DNA of 64,000 nucleotides from contig JAGCNL010000053.1 in NCBI GenBank assembly GCA_017645945.1, positions 7,816 through 71,815 of the forward strand. The letters run 5' to 3'. Made by a program: the position numbers and the translations under genes. The notes beneath the pieces were generated by a model. The model searched no databases. It was not told the origin of the DNA and saw only the letters and a program-made list of their open reading frames with translations. Source of the stretch: Salinivirgaceae bacterium (GTDB lineage Bacteria > Bacteroidota > Bacteroidia > Bacteroidales > SZUA-534). Below, piece after piece: positions 18,321 to 26,062 of the stretch (the first letter of the stretch is position 1; every line of letters starts with the position of its first letter).

Positions 18321-18530
18321 AGAATTTAGAATTAAGGCATTAGGCACTGGGCATTAGGCAATAGGTGTTTGGTATTGGGTGTTGGGTGTTGGGGAATTAC
18401 GAATTATGAATTACGAATTACGAATTACGAATTATTGCTTTTTTTGTCTGTTGTCTGTTGTCCGTAGTCTTAAGTCCTAAGTCTCAAGTCTTAAATCCTA
18501 AATCCTAAATCCTAAATATTAAATATTAAA
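18321..18530. repeat. heptad-periodic word array, 30 consecutive heptads in one register
   Basis: Verified base by base: agaattt agaatta aggcatt aggcact gggcatt aggcaat aggtgtt tggtatt gggtgtt gggtgtt ggggaat tacgaat tatgaat tacgaat tacgaat tacgaat tattgct ttttttg tctgttg tctgttg tccgtag tcttaag tcctaag tctcaag tcttaaa tcctaaa tcctaaa tcctaaa tattaaa tattaaa. The array fills the whole spacer and overlaps the stop codon of the 18526-18711 gene. Confidence 0.9.
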
Positions 18531-18711
18531 TAAACCTTTTGTGCTCTTCGGAGTATTGGAAACCTTCGGCGGCGAGGCGTTGCTCAAGCTCGTTGCGGTT
18601 GATGTTGAAATGGAAGCAAATCTCGTCGAGCGTGTCGAATTCCTCATCGCGCAGCAGGAAATTGATGGCCGACACAAGCATTGGTGTGTCGTTTAATGGC
18701 AAATGGTCCAT
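18526..18711 (-). CDS. small conserved protein, DUF4250-like
   Basis: 61 aa ORF, MDHLPLNDTPMLVSAINFLLRDEEFDTLDEICFHFNINRNELEQRLAAEGFQY. It resembles the short DUF4250 family as I remember it. Not verified. Confidence 0.5.
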   Translation of the reverse strand: MDHLPLNDTPMLVSAINFLLRDEEFDTLDEICFHFNINRNELEQRLAAEGFQYSEEHKRFI

Positions 18712-18816
18712 ATTGTTGATTTTTCGCGCAAAAGTAGCCTTTTTCTTGTTGTGTAGGCAAACAAAAACTGCCGAACAAAATGCCCGGCAGTTTCCTACAA
18801 ATGTATCACTTTAAAA

Positions 18817-19419
18817 CTATTTCTTCTGATTTGCCTCATATTCAGCGTTCAAGCCTTCAATGATGTCGTTTGTGATGTTGTACTTCTCGTTGGCGTACCA
18901 CATGCTGCCGCCGATGGTGCGTGTCAGCACGAATTTGTAGCGCTCCGGAGTGTTGTACTTGGTTACGTAAGCTGAAATCTTCTCGAACAGCTGGTTGTTC
19001 ATGTTCTGCTGCTCAACAGCCAACTGCTGCGAGTACTCGTCCTGAAGGCGCTGGAACTCCTGCTGGCGGACAAGCAGACGCTGCTGCTCTTCTTCGGCGC
19101 GCTGAGTGGTCAGGAAGATGCCCTTCTGAACCTTGTCCTGGAAAGTCTCGATGTCTTTTTGAAGTGCTTTTGCATCGCGCTCAAGCTTGCTCTGCATATT
19201 GGCGTACTTCTTCATGATGGCATCGTTCAGCTCAATCGAGAGTTTGTAGTTAACAAGGATTGAATCGACGTCGATAAATGCGATGTCGCACGCTCCGACA
19301 GCTGTCGAATCGTTGGCCGCAACGGCAGCCGGTGCCTGTGTCTGGTTTGCACAACTTGTTGAAAGGAAGCCCATTGCAACTACTGCAATTGCACAGGCAA
19401 AAATTGAATTAGTCTTCAT
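18817..19419 (-). CDS. OmpH/Skp-like periplasmic chaperone lipoprotein
   Basis: Probable start MKTNSIFACAIAVVAMGFLSTSC (lipobox). Q/E/K-rich coiled-coil body typical of the OmpH family. Confidence 0.6.
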   Translation of the reverse strand: MKTNSIFACAIAVVAMGFLSTSCANQTQAPAAVAANDSTAVGACDIAFIDVDSILVNYKLSIELNDAIMKKYANMQSKLERDAKALQKDIETFQDKVQKGIFLTTQRAEEEQQRLLVRQQEFQRLQDEYSQQLAVEQQNMNNQLFEKISAYVTKYNTPERYKFVLTRTIGGSMWYANEKYNITNDIIEGLNAEYEANQKK

Positions 19420-19505
19420 ATAAATCTGTTTTATTACTTTATTTTTTTGTTGCGCCAAATGTATTACAATTAGCGGGATTTAGCAGTTTTTGTCAATCTT
19501 TTTTT

Positions 19506-19584
19506 GGTGAATCGGTGAATCGTTTAATGTTTAACGGGTTTAACCACTTAATTCTGAATTCTGATTTCTAAATTCTGAATTTTC
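19506..19584. repeat. word array (two 8-mers, then nine heptads in register)
   Basis: ggtgaatc ggtgaatc, then gtttaat gtttaac gggttta accactt aattctg aattctg atttcta aattctg aattttc. The array ends at the cstA stop codon. Confidence 0.8.
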
Positions 19585-21000
19585 CTACTTCTTCTTGGTT
19601 ATATACCGAATGGCGATGAACGACAGCACAACTGTGAACACAAGGCCGATTGAGTAGCCCCACACGGGTGGCAGCGAGAATCCTTCGGGCGCCAATAATA
19701 TATATGTGCTGCAAACCGATGTCATAAAGATGGCAGGAATGAGCGTTATGATATAACGACGTCCGTGGCGGTACAGATAGGCTGTAATAGCCCACAGAGT
19801 GAAGATTGACAACGTTTGGTTGAACCATCCGAAGTAGCGCCAAAGCACGGCAAAATCGATGAGCATAAGCACTGCTGAAATGGCAAAAATTGGCACCGAA
19901 ACCGCCAGACGTTTTGGTATGGTGTTCTGCGGAAAATGCAGAAAATCAGCAGTTATCAGTCGTGCAGAGCGCAGAGCGGTGTCGCCCGATGTGATTGGCG
20001 CGGCCACAACACCCAGAATGGCCAGAATGGCACCAATGCGGCCCATCCAGTCGTTGCAGATGAAGTTGACAATGTTAGCCGGATTGCCGTTCATTTTGAG
20101 TGCAAGTCCTTCCGATGTACCGCCAGCGTATTTGATTGCGGCGGCAGCCCAAATCAAAGCCACAAAACCTTCTGTAATCATTGCGCCATAGAAGGCGATG
20201 CGGCCATAGCGCTCGTTTTTCAGGCATCGGGCCATCATCGGGCTTTGCGTGGCGTGGAATCCGCTGATTGCACCGCAGGCAATGGTTATGAACAGGAATG
20301 GGAAGATACTCAATCCTTTAGGATGATGAGTATGGAATGCTTCAGTTATCTCAGGCATCGAACCGCTGTGGGTGAAAATGCCAATGAACACGCCTGCCGC
20401 CATAATGAGCAGCGCCAGTCCGAACACGGGATAAATCTTGCCGATGAGCGTATCGATAGGCAGCAGAGTTGCCATCATATAATAGCAGAAGATGATGACG
20501 CACCAGAAGGTCTTGCTGCCGATGAAACCCGCTGTCGGTGTCAGTCCTTCGAGCAGACCTGCAGGCGTGGTTACAAACACGGCACCCACCATTACCATCA
20601 GCAAAAGCGAGAACACGCGCATAACCTGACGCACACCCAAGCCCAGCTCATCGCCCACAATCTCGGGCAGCGACGCGCCGTCTTTGCGCAGCGAAATCAT
20701 TCCCGACATAAAATCGTGAACCGCGCCGCCGAAAATGCAGCCCAGCACAATCCACAAGTAAGCCGCAGGGCCAAACAAAATGCCGCCGATGGCACCGAAG
20801 ATTGGTCCCGTGCCGGCGATATTCAAAAACTGAATCAGAAACACTTTCCAAAGCGGCATCGGAATGTAATCGACACCGTCCTGACGAGTGTAAGCTGGTG
20901 TCTGGCGGTTGGCATCAACCCCTAACACCTTCTCAACAAATGCACCATAGAATAAATAGCCCAAAATAAGGGCAAGAACTGAAACAATGAATGTTATCAT
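19585..21000 (-). CDS. cstA: carbon starvation protein A family transporter
   Basis: 471 aa polytopic membrane protein. The N-terminal region through FLNIAGTGPIFGAIGGILFGP is typical of CstA. Confidence 0.85.
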   Translation of the reverse strand: MITFIVSVLALILGYLFYGAFVEKVLGVDANRQTPAYTRQDGVDYIPMPLWKVFLIQFLNIAGTGPIFGAIGGILFGPAAYLWIVLGCIFGGAVHDFMSGMISLRKDGASLPEIVGDELGLGVRQVMRVFSLLLMVMVGAVFVTTPAGLLEGLTPTAGFIGSKTFWCVIIFCYYMMATLLPIDTLIGKIYPVFGLALLIMAAGVFIGIFTHSGSMPEITEAFHTHHPKGLSIFPFLFITIACGAISGFHATQSPMMARCLKNERYGRIAFYGAMITEGFVALIWAAAAIKYAGGTSEGLALKMNGNPANIVNFICNDWMGRIGAILAILGVVAAPITSGDTALRSARLITADFLHFPQNTIPKRLAVSVPIFAISAVLMLIDFAVLWRYFGWFNQTLSIFTLWAITAYLYRHGRRYIITLIPAIFMTSVCSTYILLAPEGFSLPPVWGYSIGLVFTVVLSFIAIRYITKKK

Positions 21001-21039
21001 AATTGTATTTTTTAATCGATGTGCGAAGGTATATAATTT

Positions 21040-21262
21040 GGTGAATAGGTGAATTGATTTTTTTGCTTGGATGGACTGCAGACTATAGACAACCGACTGT
21101 AGACAACAGACAACAGACTGCAGACAAAGCTAATGCCCAACCCCCAACACCTAACACCCAACACCTATTGCCTAATGCCTTAATTCTGAATTCTAACTTC
21201 TAAATTCTGAATTCAGATTTCTAACTCCTAACTCCTAACTCCTAACTCCTAAATCTACCTAA
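21040..21262. repeat. heptad-periodic word array, at least 26 heptads in one register (21074-21255)
   Basis: ggtgaata ggtgaatt, then gactgca gactata gacaacc gactgta gacaaca gacaaca gactgca gacaaag ctaatgc ccaaccc ccaacac ctaacac ccaacac ctattgc ctaatgc cttaatt ctgaatt ctaactt ctaaatt ctgaatt cagattt ctaactc x4 ctaaatc. The words are reverse complements of those at 18321-18530. Confidence 0.9.
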
Positions 21263-21274
21263 CACCCCTCCGTG

Positions 21275-22930
21275 CTACTCCTCTTCCACGCCCCATTCAA
21301 CCAGAATGTTGTCAGGGTTCCAATCGTCGCTCCAGCCGTCGGGTTGCGACATGGCACGGCAGCGGATTGTCAGGCTGTCGCATCCGGCAAACGCCTCATC
21401 TTCAATATTCTGAACCGATTCGGGGATGGTGACCATTTCAAGGCTGCTGCAGTCGGAGAACGCACATTCGTCGATTCTCACAACTGAGTTTGGAATATCA
21501 ACCGATGTCAGGCTGCTGCAATCCTCAAACGCGCTGCCGCCAATGCTCTTGACCGATTCGGGAATGGTCACTGCAGTCAGGTCGCGGCAACCGCGGAACG
21601 CATTGCTGTAAACAAAACGGCAGCCTTCGCTAATCTCGCAGGCAGTTATGTCGTCAGATTTGGCCTTAATCAGGCACAAATACGGATTTTTGGCGTTTCC
21701 TAAATATAATGCGTTGTCGAACTCATTGAATTTCAGGCATGTGCAATCCTCAAACGATTCCCAGCCGATGCTTGCTACCGAATCAGGAATCACAGCCGAC
21801 TCCATTTTGCGGCAGCTCTTGAACGCCCAATTGTCGATGCATGCAACCGAATCAGGCACTACCAGCGACAACAAGCTACCACAACCCGCAAATGCGCTTT
21901 TCTCGATGTCGGAAACCGAATCGGGAATGGTGACAGCCGTCAGGCCGTAGCAACCGCGGAACGCGCTGCTGCCAATGGTTTTGACGGTTTTCGGAATGCT
22001 ATAGGCGCCCATCTTTCCTGCCGGATAGCATATCAGGCGCGTTTTTTCCTTGTCGAACAGAACACCCTCGTCCGAAGTGTAGTTGGCATTCTTGCGCTCA
22101 ACGTTTATGGCTTTCAGAAGGCTGCAGACGCGGAACGCACCGCCGCCGATTGATGTCACTGAGTCGGGTATGTTGACTGATTTCAGCTGTGCGCAACCCT
22201 CAAACGCATAATCGCCAATGGTTGTCACTGAGCCTGGGATAGCAACCGATGTGAGGCCGCTGCCTGCAAATGCTTCGTTTCCAATGCTTTTGACAGATTT
22301 TCCGATGGTTGTCGATTGCAAACTACGGCAGTTCGAGAACACTCTGTGTCCGATGGCTGAGACCGAATCGGGAATAACAACCGACTCCAGGCTGCTGCAA
22401 TTGACAAACGCGCCATCGTCGATAACAGTCACAGTATTAGGAATATCGACCGATGTAAGGCCACGGCAGCCGTAGAAGGCATTGTCGCCGATGCTGGTGA
22501 CTGAACGCGGAATTTTTATCGATGTGAGGCCGATGCAGCACGAAAACATGTTGCTGCCGATGTGTTTGACTGAACTGGAGATGGTTACCTGCGTCAGTCC
22601 GCTGCAATTCTGAAACGCATAATCGCCAATTTTCAGAACTGAATCGGGAATCGTGACCGAAGTCAGGCTGCTGCAGCCCATGAACGCGCCATCGCCAATT
22701 TTGCGCACCGAACGCGGAATGGTGACCGATTTGAGACCGACGCAGTTCTCAAAAGCGCTGTCGCCGATGCTCGTCACCGCATATCCGACACCGTCCACAC
22801 AAAAATCATCAGGAATGGCAACCTCCTCATCTTCACCGTTATAACGGGTTATGGTCACTTCATGGTTAGCTTTGTCGGTGATTTCAAAAATCAATCCCTC
22901 TTCAGTGTTTTTGATTGAACAGGTTCCCAT
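21275..22930 (-). CDS. BspA-type leucine-rich repeat protein
   Basis: 551 aa ORF with about 20 tandem ~23-aa repeats of the form IPDSVTSIGDxAFxxCxxLxSV. No N-terminal signal peptide (MGTCSIKNTEEG). Confidence 0.8.
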   Translation of the reverse strand: MGTCSIKNTEEGLIFEITDKANHEVTITRYNGEDEEVAIPDDFCVDGVGYAVTSIGDSAFENCVGLKSVTIPRSVRKIGDGAFMGCSSLTSVTIPDSVLKIGDYAFQNCSGLTQVTISSSVKHIGSNMFSCCIGLTSIKIPRSVTSIGDNAFYGCRGLTSVDIPNTVTVIDDGAFVNCSSLESVVIPDSVSAIGHRVFSNCRSLQSTTIGKSVKSIGNEAFAGSGLTSVAIPGSVTTIGDYAFEGCAQLKSVNIPDSVTSIGGGAFRVCSLLKAINVERKNANYTSDEGVLFDKEKTRLICYPAGKMGAYSIPKTVKTIGSSAFRGCYGLTAVTIPDSVSDIEKSAFAGCGSLLSLVVPDSVACIDNWAFKSCRKMESAVIPDSVASIGWESFEDCTCLKFNEFDNALYLGNAKNPYLCLIKAKSDDITACEISEGCRFVYSNAFRGCRDLTAVTIPESVKSIGGSAFEDCSSLTSVDIPNSVVRIDECAFSDCSSLEMVTIPESVQNIEDEAFAGCDSLTIRCRAMSQPDGWSDDWNPDNILVEWGVEEE

Positions 22931-23101
22931 ATCTGCTTTGTTTTTAGTTTTTAGCTTTTAAAAATAGGAAAAATTTTAATCGAGAGTAGGTTTCCGCGTA
23001 AATATTTGCGAAAGTCACGTACAAATTCCGTCTTTGAAACGCACCTGGTCCATGTCTCATAATAGGTTGATAACTTATTCTATTGACTATCGATTTTTAG
23101 A

Positions 23102-23109
23102 TAATTTTG
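23102..23109 (+). promoter_or_regulatory. candidate -7 box (TAATTTTG)
   Basis: Matches TAnnTTTG, 23 nt upstream of the ATG at 23132. Confidence 0.4.
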
Positions 23110-23131
23110 GGGCATTAAATAAAACGAATCT

Positions 23132-24541
23132 ATGAGCGGATTTTTTGGGGCAGTCACCAATACCGACTGCGTTTCCGATGTTTTCTACGGTACCGACTAC
23201 CACTCTCATCTTGGGACAAAACGTGCGGGTATGTCGATTTATTCGACAAAATTAGGCTATCAGCGTGCTATCCACAGCCTTGAAGACGGTTATTTCCGAA
23301 ACAAGTTTGAAGGCGATATGGCAGGATTCAGTGGCGAGTCGGGAATCGGCTGCATCAGCGACAACGAGGCGCAGCCGTTGGTCATCTTCTCGCACCTGGG
23401 GCGCTTTGCCATCACCACAGTGGCCAAAATAAACAATGTTGATGAACTGGCCGACCGTTTCCTGCGCGAGGGAAAAACCTTCACAGAGACCAGCCAGGGC
23501 GGCATCAACCCCACCGAGCTGATTGCCATGCTCATCTGCGAGAAGCAGAGTTTCAAAGAAGGAATCGAGAACGTCTACAACAGCATAAAAGGCTCGTGCT
23601 CAATGCTGATTCTGAACAAGGACGAGATTATCGCCGGGCGCGACAAACTGGGCCGCACTCCTATCGTTATCGGTAAGAAAGAAGGTGCCTACTGCGCCGC
23701 TTCCGAGACTTCATCGTTCCTGAACCTTGATTACAAAGTTGAAAAATATATTGGTCCGGGCGAGATTGTGTCAATCCGCAACAATGGCTATTCTGTTCTG
23801 CGCGAGGCAAATAACGAGATGCAGATTTGCTCGTTCCTGTGGGTTTACTATGGTTATCCACCGGCATGCTACGAGGGCATCAACGTTGACCAGACTCGCT
23901 ACCGCTGCGGTCAGAAACTTGCCGCCAACGACGATGTGAAAGACGCAGATTTTGTGGCTGGTATCCCCGATTCGGGCGTTGGTCACGCAATGGGCTACAG
24001 TGCCGCTACAGGCATTCCGTACATGCGTCCTTACGCAAAATACACGCCGACATGGCCGCGCAGCTTCATGCCGCAAAACCAGAAACAGCGTGACTTGGTG
24101 GCAAAGATGAAGCTGATTCCGAACGCTTCGGTCATCAACGGGCGCAAGGGTATCTTCCTCGACGACTCGATTGTGCGCGGTACTCAGCTGAAAGACAATG
24201 TGAAAGACCTGATGGAGGCTGGTATCAAAGAGGTGCATATGCGCGTTGCCTGCCCGCCGCTCATCTACCCTTGCGAATATCTGAACTTCAGCCGTTCGCG
24301 CTCGTCGCTTGAGCTGGCTACACGCAAGGCCATTGTTAAACTTGAGGGCAAAGAGGATGTCGATTTCTCAAAATATGCCGACCCCGATTCGCAGGAATAC
24401 AAGGATATGGTTGAGCAGATGCGTAAGGATATGAATCTGACCACGCTTCGGTTCCAGCGCCTTGAGGACTTGATTGAGGCCATCGGTCTGCCGAAAGAGA
24501 AGCTCTGCACCCACTGCTGGGACTGCTCGAGCCGAGGATAG
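23132..24541 (+). CDS. amidophosphoribosyltransferase-like protein (PurF paralog lacking the N-terminal Cys nucleophile)
   Basis: 469 aa ORF with a class-II amidotransferase-like N-terminal half and a PRPP-binding motif (FLDDSIVRGTQ). The N-terminus is MSGFFG rather than MCG. Confidence 0.7.
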   Translation: MSGFFGAVTNTDCVSDVFYGTDYHSHLGTKRAGMSIYSTKLGYQRAIHSLEDGYFRNKFEGDMAGFSGESGIGCISDNEAQPLVIFSHLGRFAITTVAKINNVDELADRFLREGKTFTETSQGGINPTELIAMLICEKQSFKEGIENVYNSIKGSCSMLILNKDEIIAGRDKLGRTPIVIGKKEGAYCAASETSSFLNLDYKVEKYIGPGEIVSIRNNGYSVLREANNEMQICSFLWVYYGYPPACYEGINVDQTRYRCGQKLAANDDVKDADFVAGIPDSGVGHAMGYSAATGIPYMRPYAKYTPTWPRSFMPQNQKQRDLVAKMKLIPNASVINGRKGIFLDDSIVRGTQLKDNVKDLMEAGIKEVHMRVACPPLIYPCEYLNFSRSRSSLELATRKAIVKLEGKEDVDFSKYADPDSQEYKDMVEQMRKDMNLTTLRFQRLEDLIEAIGLPKEKLCTHCWDCSSRG

Positions 24542-24619
24542 TGTGAAGTCCCGATAGCTATCGGGATGAAGGATTGAAGTGATTTAAACCGAGAGTAATA
24601 ACCTTAAATACTTGAAATT

Positions 24620-24781
24620 ATGATTTTTAAGATTTTTATCGTAGCATTTATTTTTGCTTGCGGCCTGTATTATCTGGTATGTTTTCTTGAGATGTTCGGT
24701 ATTATCAAATTCACTCCGGAGAATCAAGAAGTCTCATTCCCCAAGATGCTGATACCCTTTTACTATTTCTTTAAGAAATGA
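24620..24781 (+). CDS. possible small membrane protein (53 aa)
   Basis: Below the track length cutoff. MIFKIFIVAFIFACGLYYLVCFLEMFGIIKFTPENQEVSFPKMLIPFYYFFKK has one hydrophobic helix. AT-rich and unverified. Confidence 0.3.
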   Translation: MIFKIFIVAFIFACGLYYLVCFLEMFGIIKFTPENQEVSFPKMLIPFYYFFKK

Positions 24782-24809
24782 TTGTTAATAACCTATAAAT
24801 CTTTTAGTT

Positions 24810-25991
24810 ATGCTGAATATTTCGAGAAAGCGAATCGTCGGCGGAGTTTGCGCCGTTTTCGCACTTGTGGTGCTCTCAATGCTTGGCCGAATTGGCGAAG
24901 ATGTTAAGAATGAGACAATTGTAGTGAACCAATTCCCCTTCACGGGAAAAATGGACTATTGGACAACGCCTGGTTGGCGCGGTCAGTGGTTTGGTAAGAC
25001 AACCGTTTATCACAAGACCGAGCAGCTGTGGTTTGGTGCCACTGACGAAGGAAACCGCGCGAACGGCACTCCTATTCCGGTCATCTTCAACGATGCTTCT
25101 GACGGCTTGATTTACGGCTCGTTGCGTGTGAAATTGCCGACTGACATTGAGCACCTGTCGCGCATCCAAACAGACTACAACGGTATGGACCGCTTGATGA
25201 ACGACCTCGTAAAACAGACTGTTACAAAAGTAATCTATGCTTCAGGCCCGCTGATGTCGGCGTTCGAGAGCTATGCTGAGAAGAAGAACGACCTGATTGA
25301 ATACATCACCGACCAGCTGAACAACGGTGTTTACAAAACTACTGTTAAAACAGAGGAGACTATCGACCCAATCACGGGTGAGAAGAAAACGACTAAAATC
25401 GCGGCTCTCGTTCCCGATGAGAACGCTCCCGGCGGCTTCAAACGTTCAGAGTCCTCTCCTTTCAAATATTACGGTATTGAGATTGGCCAAGTGTCTGTAA
25501 GTAAGATTGATTACAGCGACAAGGTTAAGCAGCAGATTTCGCAGCAACAGGAGGCCAACATGCTTATCCAGACTTCAAAGGCAAAGGCTGCAGCAGCCGT
25601 TCAGGAAGCCATCCGCGCCGAGGAAGAAGGTAAGGCTAAAGCCGCTCAAGCCAAGTGGGAACAAGAGCGTATAAAGGCTACTGAGGTTACCAAGGCCGAG
25701 CAGGAACGTGAGGTTTCGCGCCTGGCAGCTGAGAAAGCCGAATTCGACAAGAAGAAAATTATTGCTGAAGGTCAGGCTGAAGCCGAGGCCAACCGCTTGA
25801 AAGTTGCTGCAGGTCTGACACCGCAGGAGCGCGCCGAGTGGGATTACAAGACCAAAGTTGGTGTGGCTGAAGCAATTAGCAAAGTACAGCTGCCCCGCAT
25901 TGTGACGGCAGGTGGAGCCGGCAATTCAAACGCAATGGATGCCATGGGCTTGAAAATGCTTCTTGATGTGAGCGAGAAACTGAGTAAGTAA
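24810..25991 (+). CDS. SPFH/band-7-like membrane protein with a coiled-coil C-terminus
   Basis: 393 aa ORF with an N-terminal TM segment and an A/E/K-rich coiled coil (AKAAAAVQEAIRAEEEGKAKAAQAKWEQER). Family assignment is from general resemblance only. Confidence 0.5.
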   Translation: MLNISRKRIVGGVCAVFALVVLSMLGRIGEDVKNETIVVNQFPFTGKMDYWTTPGWRGQWFGKTTVYHKTEQLWFGATDEGNRANGTPIPVIFNDASDGLIYGSLRVKLPTDIEHLSRIQTDYNGMDRLMNDLVKQTVTKVIYASGPLMSAFESYAEKKNDLIEYITDQLNNGVYKTTVKTEETIDPITGEKKTTKIAALVPDENAPGGFKRSESSPFKYYGIEIGQVSVSKIDYSDKVKQQISQQQEANMLIQTSKAKAAAAVQEAIRAEEEGKAKAAQAKWEQERIKATEVTKAEQEREVSRLAAEKAEFDKKKIIAEGQAEAEANRLKVAAGLTPQERAEWDYKTKVGVAEAISKVQLPRIVTAGGAGNSNAMDAMGLKMLLDVSEKLSK

Positions 25992-26062
25992 CTTGAACTT
26001 TATGTATGAAACGACAAGGATTCCGGTTGGAATCCTTTCGTTTTGATATAGAACCAAGAAAA

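Noticed and set aside
18321-18530. Possibility that the heptad arrays are CRISPR arrays, coding repeats or telomere-like repeats
   Set aside because: The unit is 7 nt with no spacers and there are no cas genes, so these are not CRISPR arrays. Seven is not a multiple of 3 and stops occur in all frames, so they are not coding. The resemblance of TTAGGAT/TTTAGGG to eukaryotic telomere repeats is most likely coincidental, because it is only one of about ten word types.
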